Source: the human T2T-CHM13v2.0 reference genome, Homo sapiens. From it: a stretch of 64,000 nucleotides of DNA. The translations under genes and the position numbers were made by a program. This document shows, one piece after another, positions 31,171 to 56,304 of this stretch; the stretch's first letter is position 1, and every line of letters starts with the position of its first letter. The notes beneath the pieces were generated by a model that was not told the DNA's origin, searched no databases, and worked only from the letters and a program-made list of their open reading frames with translations. The stretch lies in the NCBI RefSeq assembly GCF_009914755.1, contig NC_060933.1; one strand, written 5' to 3'.

Positions 31171-31479
31171 AGAGCAGAAAGCTCTCCCCTCACTTTTGGA
31201 TGTGTTTTTCAGGGTTCTTGCCTTGGAGTTCTTCCTAGGGCAAACTCTTGCACTCCCATGGCTTCCGTTACCTACTTCATGCTGACCATTCACAACCCAG
31301 GCAGCTACATGGACGAGATCTCCAGCTGTCCTGATGTGAAAGTACCTTTTAATGATCTCAAGTTCATCTCATCTCCTATCCAGACCGGAAAACTTGAGGA
31401 TCCTTCTAGAGTTCTTTTCCTTGCCAATCCAGTTTACTGGTTTTTGACCATTCTTTTCGTTTTTGGTGGTGGTGAGGGG

Positions 31480-37348
<5,869 letters not shown>

Positions 37349-38588
37349 TATATTTCTTTGTAAAATACCCGCGGAACCCTGTTCCTTCGTTTTACCTCCT
37401 GCTTCCTTAGCTCAAGCCTTCCTCATCTTAGGCAGCCTCCAAACTATTCTATCAACCTCCCCTTTTCCCTGCTCTAGTTTTACTAGAGTGATCTTTAAAA
37501 AAACCCCAAATCTAATATTGTCACTGTCCTTTAAAATATCCAAGGGCACCCGTGTGTCTATAGAGTGAACTTCAGTTTCCTTATTTTAGCATTCAAGGAC
37601 CTTCCTATTTTGGCTCCAGCCTACTACATTGCTTTATTTCACACCAGCCCCACATTCCATTCATATACTGTAACCACATTTTCTTGGGTACAAAGTCACT
37701 TACTGAAAAAAAGTTGAGCATATTTGGAAACCAAAATTCATTTTCTGTGAATGGGATATCAATATATAGCATTGGTAGGCATTGAAACAGACTATAGTCT
37801 ATTTTTAAAATGGATTAGATGATAAAAACAACATGTATGTCATCACTAATCCAGTGGTCAATATTAGCATAACTCTGTAAGATACAATAAATGTTGTATC
37901 TATTGTAGATACAATGTTATGTATCTAACATAATATCTAACATGTTAGATTCATAACGTTGTATGTAATATAATGAAACATGAAGTATAACCTGTCACTT
38001 GTGAGGTATACTAGTCTGATATGTTTGACTTGAATCCACTGAGTCTTCAAATATAACTTTCTTGTTCAAGAAATACAAGGCTTGCAGGAACAAGCTCAAT
38101 GACTTCATGAGGAAGCAACCACTCAGATAAAAACATTTTGCACTTCAAGTGGCCTGATTTCTACAGTGAACAAGAATCTTTTAATTTTTTTTTAAGTGCC
38201 ATAATTAAAAAGTCAAGGGATGTAACCAGATGGAATGTATGGTCCTGAATTGGATAATTTGGGTATACTGGTTGTAGAAAAATATAATTTGGTCAACAGA
38301 ATATTTGATTGTAGTTAGGTATTATGTGAGAGGAAATTTTCCTGTAACATTACTGAGTTAAGAAAGCCAACTGTAAAAATAACTTTAGATGGATAGAAAA
38401 TGTGAATGTGATCTAGGAATTAGGTGAGAAGAAAATGTACTGAAATAAGGTAGATATTTTTAATTGAAAAAGGAGATGACTAAAGTGATCTCATTTTGAA
38501 AAAAAAAATACACACACACAGAAGGATATACTCTAAAGTATTAACATTGGCCCTGGGAATGCCATGGTTTTTTTTTGTTTTTCATTAA

Positions 38589-38882
<294 letters not shown>

Positions 38883-39949
38883 TGAAAGTATGGGCACCAA
38901 AACGTTAAAAGTGGTTTTGTTGGGAGTTCAGGGGATTTTACTTTCTCCCTAATACTTTATTCTTTGAATATCTTGAAATGGATATTTTGTAACTGTATAA
39001 GGAGAAAGGAAGCGAAACTATTTTTCTGCAGGGGTACACCCACATCTATTGTATTAGACAAATCACAGAGGGATTGCAACAGAACACAGATTTTTCTCAC
39101 TGTTTTTTCTCTGGTTGATCGGGATGCATTATCCACCAGAAAACACTGTAGACGACTCACTCACCAGGAAAAGAGCATATGCCAGTTGGAATAAATAAAG
39201 GGGAAGAGTAAGGAAGAGGCTGTAGAATTATTTTATAAATTATCAAGTCTTATGAGCCAGGTGCAGTGGTGCATGCCTATGTACAGTCCCAGCTACTCAG
39301 GAGGCTGAGGTGGTAGGATAGCTTGAGCCCAGGAGTTCGAGGGTGGAGTGTGATATGATCGTCTGTGAATAGCCACAGCACTGCATCCTGGACAAGATAG
39401 GGTCTCTTTAAAAATAAGACTTAACTAGCACTTTAATAATCATTGTTTTTGTTCCCAACTGCATTGTACATTCATTGAGGACAGGGACTTTAAACTTCAT
39501 TATATTGCTGTTGCTGTGTTTCACCTTTGAATGATTTTTAAATAAAAATCTCATCTTTGAGTCACAATCTGATGTAACCTTGTCCATTTCTGTCCTCTTG
39601 TGTGCCTTAAATGCCTTTAGGCAGCTGTGTTGTACCAGTGGTTTTAGGACTTGGCAGTCGGAAGTTTTGACTTCTAGACTGGATTCTGTAACTAAAGCTA
39701 AATTACTTTATAAAAGGAGAAAAATGGTACCATTCTGACGGGTTTGTGGTGAAGCTGAAATGAGATAGCCACATAAAGAACCATCACAATCCCTGACACA
39801 CCGTGCGCCCTCAGTAAATGCCAGGTGAATTTTATTACACTGTGAAGTACTGATTTTCAAACAGGACTTGCACATGAAAGGTGAGCAGGGGGATTCCTTG
39901 CTCAAGCACCAGTACTCTGGGGTTGTACCCTTTGTTAGGCTCAACAGGT

Positions 39950-40640
39950 ACTACCCAGTCCGCTTCCATCGTCCCCAGTCCCGGCTGCAGTCACGTAGTT
40001 GGCTGTCCAACTCCAAATACACAAGACAGCCCAGGTCCAGCTCACAGCCAGTGCACTTCGCGCAGGCGCACAGTCCTGAGGCGGGCTGAAAGCCCAGGTG
40101 GGGCTCGGAGAAGAGGAAGCTCCGCCTCGCTTCCCGGTATTGGGCCAATAGGGTCGCTCGTCATGGTCGCAGACCTATGAGACGGGGCAGGGGGCGGGGC
40201 GGAGGGCGGAAGAAGTCGCTCTCACGTGAGTAAGGGGGTGGGGGGGCGGGGACAGGGCGGTTTGGGAGGCCCAGGCGGCGGAGCCTCCGGGACGGCGAGC
40301 GGCGGGCGGCGGAGGAGGAGACGGCAGGTCGGGTAGGGCCGTGTTTCCCCTCCTCCTCCTCCCACCCTCCTACCTACCAACCCCAGGGGTATTTTCCGAC
40401 GGCCCCTGCGGGGAGCCAAGCTGTCTTCTCATCCCGCGGGGTCGGGCCAGTGGAGCTGCTCTCAGCTCCCTCGACGGGCCGAGTTCTGAGGGGAGCCGTG
40501 ATTGGGGGGAGGGGGAACTGCGACGGAGGGGAGAGGGCGCATGCGCAGGCTGGGCCGCTCTGGGAGCCCCTGCCCAAACCGGTTCCCCCTGTCTGTGTGG
40601 GTGCCGGTCTTCTGAGTCTTGCGTTTTTGGCCCTCCCTCT
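39950..40640 (+). promoter_or_regulatory. RABGAP1: RABGAP1 CpG-island promoter
   Basis: Palindromic double CCAAT TATTGGGCCAATA (40138-40150), GC boxes, E-box CTCACGTGAG (40221-40230), NRF1 site GCGCATGCGC (40537-40546). Confidence 0.85.
40270..40332 (+). other. RABGAP1: Putative non-coding exon 1 of RABGAP1
   Basis: GGC/GGA-rich leader; candidate donors CAG|GTCGGG (40327) and CGG|GTAGGG (40332). TSS approximate. Confidence 0.6.
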
Positions 40641-41605
40641 GGTCCCCCAGCAAAGCCGGTTTGTGTCTTGACTTTAATGTTTTATGCTTGGTCCTATTTG
40701 GGAATCCAGCCGCTCCCCCCCGCCTCAGTTTCTCCCCATTGCTCACTAGGCCTGTATCTGTGACTTAAGCTAGCCTGGGCCTCAGGCTGTCCTGGGCTGC
40801 GCCTAAATTTCAAAGACTTGCTAGTTTTCACTGTCGCTTTGCCATCTCAGGTTGGTCTTTCAGTCTCATTTCCCCGTCTGCAATTAAAGCGTTCTTGGCA
40901 TCCCAGTCTTCTCATCTCCTTGAAGCAGCTACCCCAGTACCTCATCGCTGTGTCTTTTGATTATCCGCACCCTTAGGGTTTTACGTGTTGAGCCAAAGGA
41001 TAACCTCAAGACTTCCAGGAGTTCGCTGTCCATTGCCTGGTAGTACTTTGGTCTCTGCTCTTCTGCATCCAGACTGTTTATCATCTGCTCCTGCGTTTCA
41101 CGCATCTGCATACCTTTGGTTACTCGAGAATTCTTTTTTGGAAACAAATGTCCTAGGAGACCGTGTTAAGTGATCATGCTGCTAGTGTTCCCGCTACTAG
41201 TGCTCCGTTAGTTTTAAATCATGTTCCAACTTGAATTTGAGGTCTTTTGACTTTCGTTGGCTTTTTGTCAGGGAAAAAAACCTGTTAGGGACAGGGTTTC
41301 ACAATTCCTTTTATATTTCCATTCACATGTATTTACAAACGTGTGCCTGGAGTAGTAAGTACACAATAAGTGAGTTTCCAGCTGTTTTTGTTTCGGAAAC
41401 AAAAAACAAAACAAAACAAAACAAAAAAACAACGGAAGGTGAATGGAATTGTGTTTGTAACATTAAACTGATGTTTGAAAAGTAGTTGGGAAAAAAAGCT
41501 TAGGTACTAAGGAGGGTTCATCCAACTTTTTTTTAAACGAAGGACGTGTTGCCTTAGTTCAAGTTTGTATAAGGTGCTATTTAATATGTATTGAAGACTT
41601 AACTA

Positions 41606-44113
<2,508 letters not shown>

Positions 44114-44379
44114 TAATCTTTCTTAGCAAGACTATACTTCAGGGATCGTTCCTATAGTTTGTTAAATAATGTTTCTTGGAGATAGAACTCAAATATTTAA
44201 GAAGTGCTCATTTAAGGTACGTAAAGCAGAATTTGGCATGACATTTTGGTGCTTTGTATGTAGTTACCTTGTTTTACTGAGTTTACATAGTTAGATCCCA
44301 GTGAAAAAAAATTCAAGGCTCAGGACTTAATGCCCGTGAGTATGCCTGGAAAAACACCATGTATACATCATAGCTGTTG

Positions 44380-44380
<1 letters not shown>

Positions 44381-44418
<38 letters not shown>
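44381..44418. repeat. T38 homopolymer not attached to an Alu
   Basis: Counted directly. Confidence 0.95.
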
Positions 44419-44420
<2 letters not shown>

Positions 44421-44586
44421 CATAAACTGGTTACCTAGTCATCCCAACCACCCTCACCCCTCTGTTTTGTGTTGATCCTGAGATCATTATTCTTTAGAAA
44501 CTTTGTAACAATATTGGATAGACGTTTAAGCTTACATTGTAACCATTCACGTTGACCCTAACAGCCTTGTTTCTCTTCATGTGCAG

Positions 44587-44687
44587 ACTGACCAAATATG
44601 GAAGTGTGCAAGTCTTGAACACATTAGTTTATACAATGTGGCCTGAAAGTTTCCCTCCTCTTTCCAAATCAACCATAATATTCTGAG
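44587..44687 (+). other. Candidate 101-nt cassette 5'UTR exon of RABGAP1
   Basis: Branch-point-like CCCTAAC, pyrimidine tract, acceptor GCAG| and weak donor GAG|GTACTC. Confidence 0.45.
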
Positions 44688-45244
44688 GTACTCAGTGAGA
44701 ATTTTTTGAAGATTGTTTTCTATCAGACTTTTCCCCCTAAATCCCTTTTTCTGATCACTATACAGTGAAATAAAGCCCTAAACCTACTTTTAAGCTCCTG
44801 CCTGACATTAAATAGTATGTATGTATTATCTTGGTTGTAAAGTATGAGAAATATATCTTCTTAATTGTGTACCTCTCCAAGAATTAATGCATAGTTGTTA
44901 TGTATTTCCTGTTAAGGTTGCATCAGCATTTGTGTTATAAACTACTACTCCTTGGGTTCTGTAAGTCTTTGTGGAAATAAATTTTTCTCTGTACCTAAAT
45001 CTGGCATTTCTGAAGGTACATTAGCAAGTGAGTTTCTGTGGTAACTTTAACATAATGTTACTAAGTCAAACTTTAACAACAATTTGACTGTTTTAAAACT
45101 TTCTCCCTTTTTCCCTTATTTATGCATTTTGGTAACTAACCAACAACCTATGGTTTATAATTTTGTTTTCCATTTTCTGAGGATGATCTTTTATCAGTTA
45201 AGGAAATGATATGCAGAATCCTTTGGGAATATATTTTATTTTTT

Positions 45245-45348
45245 AAGACTACTAAAGTGCAGTAGTGAGAACGGGGAAAAGAGTAGAACAAGGAGTTTGT
45301 TCTGTAACTGACTGAACAATCGAGATAACTCACTGTCTTTGGACCAGC
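45245..45348 (-). pseudogene. Y1 RNA (RNY1) retropseudogene
   Basis: Minus strand reads GCTGGTCCAAAGACAGTGAGTTATCTCGATTGTTCAGTCAGTTACAGAACAAACTCCTTGTTCTACTC...CTCACTACTGCACTT, matching hY1. Short A tail and TSD CTTTGGGA(A/G)TATATTTTA. Confidence 0.93.
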
Positions 45349-46369
45349 TTTGGGAGTATATTTTAACTATCATGAAGGATAATACGAGATAGCATACTGG
45401 AAGGCACAGAAAACACGTATCTTCTGCCAAACATTCATGGTTTGCCTACATGCATTCCCCTGAAAATCAAACAGGTCATAGAAAAGACAAATTATATTTC
45501 TGCATTTATCTTAGACTTTGATCATCTGTTGAATGATTTGCCTGCTGAGTTTTAAATTCATGTAGATTAAAGAGAAGTGAATAATACATTTTAGATCTGA
45601 ATGTAAACAGATGCATATTCTAAGTGGAATAGATTCATTTTCTTTATTGTAGATGAGAAGGAACTATATTGACTAATTTCCTAAAAAGAGGAAAAGTCTT
45701 TGACTAACCCTGCGTTGCTTAAAAATACTCATATTTTTACATTTATTAAATGCTAATGTAAATTATACTGTAGAAATCTGAACAGTTTTTAAAATCTGTA
45801 CTAGCAAGTCAGGAATATAATCTGACCTTGTGAATGAGTAGTACATTAACATTAAGCTGACTTTCCCTGTGTTCCCAGGGATAGCTTCTATTGTGGACGT
45901 GGAATCCAAATAACAATTTAAATATTTAGTTTCACAGATATTGTGTTGAAATGGCATTAAGCCAGCATATGTAGAGTTCTGGAAAAAATTAAAGTGTGTT
46001 TCCTGAAATATCCATGGGAACATGAGAAAACCATTGGCAAGATTTTTTTCAGGTGTCAGCATTATCACACTCATAATTAACAGAGTTAAATGAACTCTGT
46101 TTTATGCACATTTCATCCCTACTTGTTACCTCTTGTACCTTTCATTAGAAGTATGAAGTATCAAGATATAGTGGGGAGAGTATGAACTTTGGGGTGAGAA
46201 AGACATGGATATCCCAAGTCTCTGAGAAGGAGTGATTAAGTAGCTTATCCTCAGAAACTCCATTTTTAAACATGGAGCTACTTACATCTACCTCATGGAA
46301 CTGTAATGGAAAACACCTGATATCCCCCCTAAAGACCCTATAAAGTTATAATTATTTTGAAACTTACTT

Positions 46370-46780
46370 TTATTGAAGGATAAATGTGGTATACATACAT
46401 TGAAATATTATTCAGCCTTAGGGAAATTGTGACACATGCTACAATATGAATAAACCTTGAAGACTTATACTAAATGAAATAAACCAGTTATGAAATGATA
46501 AATATTGTGTAATTCCACTGCTTATATGATACACCTAGAGTAGTCAATTTCTTAGAGATGGAAAGTAGAATAGTGGTTTTTGGAGGAGGAAGAGAATAGG
46601 GAATTAGTGTTAATGGGCACAGAGTTAAGAAAGGAAATGTTCCAAGGATAGATGATGGTGATGGTTGCATGACAATGTAAATGTATTTAATGACACAAAA
46701 TTGTACACTTCCGTGGCTAAGATGGTAATGTTTGTGTTATTACTTAATCACAATGCAAAAAGATTACAACTTATAAAAAA
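46370..46780 (+). mobile_element. L1M 3'-end fragment
   Basis: ATGTGGTATACATACA...TATTATTCAGCCTTA...GATGGTGATGGTTGCA...ACAATGTAAATGTATTTAATG. Confidence 0.85.
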
Positions 46781-47293
46781 GATGTTTTAAAGTTTTATTT
46801 TGTTTTACAATTTCCTGTATTTGTTTAATTCCGATATCTTTTTTAGTTAATGTAGAATTGAACTAAAAGTGATTTAATAGTTTAAAGAAGTAAATTGTCA
46901 CAGTTACGGTAGGCTCAAATTTGCCTAAGCGTGAGTTTTAGATAAGCTAGTTTTTCTTGCCTTTAAGTGCAGGTAGGCCCAAGATGATTGTTTTGATTCT
47001 TTTGGTTTTGGTTTTGGTTTTTTAACGTAACCTGAAATTAATCAGAAAGCTTAAATTATTATGATTCTCTTAGCTCACTAAAATAATTCAAAGAAATAGT
47101 CTCAAAATTCAGAGTCAGAATGAAAACAAAGACATCTATTGTTTAGCAGTTAGTAGTGGTGGAAAGGAATTTATTTTTATAAAGAAGGGATGGTGTTCCA
47201 TTGAGTTTTGTTTGATTTGTCCCACCCTTTCCAGGGATAGGCTGTGTGAAATTCATGTGAAAACCAGTGCAGTGAAACAAAGTTCAGAGCCAG

Positions 47294-47297
<4 letters not shown>

Positions 47298-47326
<29 letters not shown>
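47298..47326. repeat. (AC)14 microsatellite
   Basis: Read directly. Confidence 0.95.
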
Positions 47327-47330
<4 letters not shown>

Positions 47331-48336
47331 GAAACTAATGCAATGTGATTTTTTATAGCTTCTTTGTACCCTGCTTGTTTAATTTTAAAGAGCTACAAAC
47401 CCACAGGAATTATCCTGCTACAGCATCTTTCAGACTTGATTCTTTTGTTGCATCCTGTCTTGTTCTTTTTCTAAACAGAGAGTAAACTCACCAGATTTGT
47501 GTTTTAGAAGGGTACAACTGGGAGCAGCATAGAGGATGGATTGGAATTGGGAGAGGATGGAGATAGGGACATCGAGAGGGAGAGAGATGCAATCCAGAAA
47601 AGAACAGAGACACCTAGATACTTGGGTTTGGATCAAGTTCCACAATTTTCTCTCTGAACTTAAGCGAGTTACTCAGCCTGCCCAAGCCTTAGTTTGTCTG
47701 TCATATGAACTTAATACCCATCTGGCAAGGTGTGAAGATTAGTAATAATGCAAGTAAAACTTGTTCGTACCATGTTGGGCATATAATTGACACTCAAGAA
47801 GTAATAAGTATTGTTTTCTCTTTTGATTTAGCAAGATGATTTAGTCATCTTGCTTAAGATTCCCTAAAGCTGTACCCATTTTTTCACTGGTTGAGCAACA
47901 AAAATGATGGGGATTGGGAGGGAAGTGGTTAGTGTTTGGTCCAAAGGGAACCCAAGGTATATTTTTTGTGACTGTGTTAACTGTTTTTTGATCATGACAG
48001 TTGGGGATTTGATGAAGAGTTTAGTCTTCATCCATGTCCACATCCCCAGTACATGCATGTAGAGTAGCATGTTTGTCATTTGTTTTCCTCATATTACTTA
48101 GACCCTACTAGTTAAACAGCCATGAAGTATATTCAACCAACCAAATTTATTGAACACTGCCCGTAAGTAAGGAAATGAAATTACTACGAGTAAAACATAA
48201 GACCCCTGTCCACAAGTAGTTTGGGGGACTCTTTGTGCCCATTATACTCCCAGCATTTGACATGGTGGTTTATACTCAGTAATTGCTTCTGGAATGAATG
48301 GATTGATCAATATAGCGGAGTAGAAAAGAAGCGTTG

Positions 48337-48967
<631 letters not shown>

Positions 48968-50816
48968 GTGTTGATATTATTTTACTGTGTGGTAAATGCT
49001 ATAATTCTGTGATGAACTAAAAAACAAAAAGCCTGAGGAGCCCTAGAAGACAATAACACTGCAGAAGGGAAAGGGGGAGGTTGAATACTTGATTGTATCC
49101 ACTAGGTTGCTGTTGGTGGAGAAAGGCTGATTGCGGAAACAAAAACACATTCCCAGCTGAGCAAGCAGCATATGAAAAGGCTTGAAAGCATTAAAATGCA
49201 TGACATATTTGTGTATATAGTATGGTGTGACAGAAGAAGATAAGACTAGAATGGAAATTGGCTCCAGATTTTGAAGAACTAAATAATACAAGGATTTTGG
49301 ATTTTATTGTATTTTCAGTCAGGAGCAATAAATAGTTTTGAGGAAAGGGGAGGTATGGGATATATGATCAGATCTAAGTTTTAGAAATTAACTTTGGGGG
49401 CTAAATAATCAATGACTAGGAAGAGTCTAGAATGAAACACTTGTTATAGCCAGGTTGAAAGAGAATAAAATACAAGTCAATGACATGAGGGATAGTGAAG
49501 AAGGAATATATTTGGGATATGTTTTAGAACTAAAATCCATTATTCCAAGGGAGGGTGAGAAAAGGAGGAGTCAAGATTTGTTTTGGTTTGGTGTCTTTTT
49601 TTTCTTTTTCTTTTTCTTTCTTTTTTTTTTTTTTTTTTTTTTTGATGTTGTTTTGAATCTGTGGCTGTTAACCAGGATAGAGAATCTAGAAAGAAGAATC
49701 TGCTGACGCGTGGGGATTAAATGGTTTAGTTTTGCAAGGAATTGGTTTTGAGATGACCATAGGACGCATATAGTAGAGCCCTGCTGTGTATTCTCATAAC
49801 ACCCTTTACACACCTCTGTTATAACAAGCACTATATTATAATTACCTGTTTACTGGTCTGTTTTCTCTACCACTGTAAGCCTGTCAAAGGTAAGGAGTGT
49901 CTTTTATTCCTCACCATAATTCTATACCTGGTGTCTGGCACATATCAGACTCTTTGATACTGAATAGAAGAAAAAGAAAATATAACACAAATACCCATGT
50001 GGAATTCAAGAGAAAAGACAGTGCTAGTGTTATCAGCATACAATAGAAAGCTGTAACCATGTTAGCTAATGAGATAGCCAGTGAAAAGAAGGACGATGAT
50101 GTGATTTTAAAAATAGAAGAAAAGGAACCTAAATCAGAACTAAGAAAAGATAGTGGTAGGAAATGGATGCAAAAGGATAAGAGTTTCAGAATAAGAAAAT
50201 GGCCAGCATTTTCATTTACTTCAGCAGGTGGAAGTAAGAAATAATTCTTTGGGTTGTGAAATTTTGTAGTATTGATGGTTTTTAAGGGGTTCAGTGAAAG
50301 TGAGAAGTAACGGGGTGGTATTTTTGAGAGGGACTGTTTAGAACAGTGGGGAGTTCCATTGAAGTGGTAGAGGTGGAGGCATTAATACTACTCTTTCAAG
50401 AAGAAAATCTCAAGAAAACCAAAGAAATAAAGGTTAACCAAGCTTTGGATGAGGCACTAGCACATTTTGTCTCAAGCATGTCAGGTTCAAGTATTAGTAT
50501 CACCCACACCTCTTATTAAGCTAGGTAGGTCACTTACTGGGAGGTGGTTTTGCCTCTGCTAATTGCACATTAGCAAATCCATGCCACTGCATGTCACTGT
50601 TACTTCTCAGATGTTAGTTAACTAGAAACAATACAAATATCTGATAGTACTCTGTCTCAAAAAAAAAAAAAGTTGAAGTTTTTAAAAAAGTAAACACTGA
50701 TTGTTCAAGAACCGACTGCCTTTGAAGGACTCTTAAAAGAGGTTTTATCATGGCCAGTTCTTTCCATTTCACTCTGTTAACTACAGTGCTTAAGAGGAGA
50801 TTGAGAATGAATGTGA

Positions 50817-52942
<2,126 letters not shown>

Positions 52943-55656
52943 GGAACCAGTATTTTAACTTAGGTTTTTCTTAACTCCTAATTGTGTGCTTCAGCATCAC
53001 AAATATGACCTCTGTTCTTTTTGTCAATTTATAAAAGGTGGCCTTACTTTTTCCTTGGGTGGCTCTTGCTCTTTTCCATCTTTATTTGCTATTTATCCTA
53101 CTTCTTTAACAAATAGTTGAGCACCTGCTATGTGCCAGGCATTATTACAGGTGCTAGGGGTCCAACACTTAATCAGACATAAAAAAGCCTGCCCTCATGA
53201 ACCTTAGGTTCTAGTTTACATTATACTTAAATTACCAAAATATATGTCAAGCGGTTATAGGTTCTATGGAGTGCAGGGCGTCGGAGGGAGGAATTTTGGT
53301 ACTTTATTGTCAATGGGAATTAGAATTAAAGTCTGAAGGATGAAGAATTAGAGTAAGGGACTTTTTATGGTAACTGATGTAAGTAGGGATTAAAAAGAAA
53401 TCCCTTATGGTCTTGAGACAGAGGTTGTGAATCTCTAGATTTTGCCAGAAGTGCAGCAAGTTCTGGGGTACCTCTTCATTGTGGAGGCCAGGGAATGGGT
53501 GGTTTTATCTATGTTTGTGGAGCTGATGGACTACTTCCTCTTCACTTCTGTCTATGGAGGCCAGAGAAAAGGAATCTTATTGTATAATTTTTCCTTTACT
53601 ACTTAGTGTTTTGATAAACCTCATTCCTGCTGAGTGATTCAGTTACTTTCAGTTGCCAAAACAAATAATAAAGTATTTTATAAAGTGTATTTTCCTATCA
53701 CCTTCTCAAAGAAAGTAGGTGGAACTTTGAGCTTGCCAAATCTTCTCAGTTCCTTAGTGTAATTACCAAAGTACATTGTTTTTGAGTCCAGAGTAGTAGT
53801 ATACAAAGTTGTTAGTGTCTGAGACCAGAGCTTTAGACCACTTTCCCAGGCCCTCTGGCATCCAACTGGTAATCACATTATAAAAGATGGATAAAAGACT
53901 TAATTGATTGAGCATGAAAACTTCTCTTGAAGTACAAATTCTAAAAAAAAGATAAAGACTCCTTTACCCAATACTGAGTGTTTTGGGACAAGGCCCAAAT
54001 TTGTGGCATTAGAAAAGCTTCATAATCGAGTGGAAAGAGTATAGCCTTTTGGAGTCAGATAACTGGGTTTAATTTTTGACTTTGACTCTAACCACATTAC
54101 ATTGAACAAGTTACACCATCTCTCTAAGACTTAATTTCCTCATTTTTGAAATAGAGATGTGACAAATTAAAAGGCACTCACCATTAAATTATAAAACAAC
54201 ATAATAGATGCTGTAGAAAAATCAAATGTAAAATGCTGTAGGAACAGATATAAGGGCAACAGTTCTTTGGATTCTGGGGTGAGAACGGGCAAGTGGACTG
54301 AGAAGACTACTAAGAGAGGGAGATTTTTACATCATGAGTGATGAGTTGGAGTTGATCAAGTACAAAAGTGAGGAAACCACTTCAGGAAGAGAATCCTGTG
54401 AGGGCAAATATCTAAAGGAATAAAGTGTATTTCCTTAGCAAAGGTCTAAGTTAGTCCTTCTCCCAACATGTTCCCATAATTTTCTTTACCCTAAATCAGT
54501 ACTTATTAGGTACGATTTGCTTCTGTTCTCTACTAAACTATAAACTTTGGGGCAAGGTTCTATTTTCTTTTGTTTATCATAGCTTACTCTTTGTACATTA
54601 TCTACTCAATAAGTATTCAATGAATGGATTAAGTGAATCATTTTTCTTTGAATTTTTCAAAAGTACAATTTGAAATGTTTTTGAATGCCATACTATGTAT
54701 TTAGATTTGGTCTTATGAAATGCAGATGTGTAATAGCTGTTAAGCAGGGGAATTAGTTTAAATAAAAGGCAGCAGAGAGTCCAGGCTTCTAGCCTTAGCT
54801 GTGCCATTAACTGGTTAAATGACCTTACTTCTCTTGGGGTTGCCATTTCTTTATCTAACAGTATTGATTTGTAAGTTTTTTTTTTCCTACTTTTTACTCT
54901 GCCATCAACTTGATTTTAGATTTCTAAGTTTTCTTCCAACTATAATACTCAGGGATTGTGTAGTTTCTCCTGCCAGATGTTTATATGTGGGCCTTTTAGG
55001 GGAAAATTGTGTTTGACACATGGTGTATGCTCCATAAATATATAGTCAATGATTAAAAATCCAAAGCATAAATCAGGACTTCTCAGTCAGAGAAATTAAA
55101 CAGATTTTTAGAACCTTACATCTTTGAGGTACTAGATGAACATGGAGCCATAGCTACTTTTGTTAATGAGTATAACGTTATATCGTTTTGTTGATGTTGT
55201 GACAACCAAATGAAACATTGCCACAAAGTTTGCAGAACTAGGTTTTAAAATGATGGTGAGTTTAAGTTTCATTCCAAGACTCAATAAATAATTGAATGAA
55301 TTTTCATAAGTGACACATATTTATACTTTTTGCTGGGAATTTTTGGTATGAAACCCTTATTTGGGTAATGTTCATATTGAGCTGAGTTCTAAGAAACTGT
55401 GGTGTGGGAAGATGCAGTTTTTAATGAACTTCTCCTTTCTTGCTTTGTAAGGTATTTCCCAGCTCTAGAGTTTATGCTAAAGTTTAACTGCCTTGAATTT
55501 TTCCTGTTGGGTGTTAATGTGAAATTTGGCCTGTTAAAACCATGTTAATATTTTAAATTTAAGTATCAATAATGCTAGGAAAACCTTATTGTGCCCTCAC
55601 AATAACTAAGTGCTTTCCATTTCATTTACATGTACAACTTTAAAAATTAGACGGTA

Positions 55657-55912
55657 GGCCGAGACCGGCGGATCACGAGGTCAGGAGATCAAGACCATCC
55701 TGGCTAACACGGTGAAACCCCGTCTCTACGAAAAATACAAAAAATTAGCCGGGCGTGGTGGCAGGCACCTGTAGTCCTAGCTACTCAGGAGGCTGAGGCA
55801 GGAGAATGGCGTGAACCCAGGAGGTGGGGCTTGCAGTGAGCCGAGATCCCGCCACTGCACTCCAGCCTGGGCGACAGAGTGAGACTCCGTCTCAAAAAAA
55901 AAAAAAAAAAAA
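55657..55912 (+). mobile_element. 5'-truncated AluY-like element
   Basis: Starts at GGCCGAGA..GGCGGATCACGAGG; TSD AAAAATTAGA(C/G)GGTAG. Confidence 0.9.
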
Positions 55913-56304
55913 TTAGAGGGTAGAAAACAGAAGGCTAATACTTATATATTTTTGGAGGCTAAGACTTGAATTGCAACTTAGCCCAAAGAAATCACTGTAA
56001 GTAGTTAGGGTTATCCTGAAGGGAATATGTTTTATTTATTTTTTTGAAGTCTGAAATATCTTGGCCTTGAATAGCATGAAATTCCCTTATTATCTGGAAT
56101 AAAAAAAAACCCTAAGCTATAAGTAGTGAAAGTCTTAGGAAAATATTTTTGAAGCATTTAAAAAAAAATTCTGAATATGTTGTGTAAGAAGTACAGTGTA
56201 ATTGAATATCTGGCAGACATTCTATATGAGTATCTTTATGGTTTTTGTTTTTCAGGCATTAAAAAATATTTAATCATTCATGTGTTGAGACTCATTCTTG
56301 AGTT

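Noticed and set aside
50649-50671. ACTCTGTCTC followed by A13, an isolated Alu tail
   Set aside because: Too short and without a clear TSD; probably a truncation or deletion remnant.
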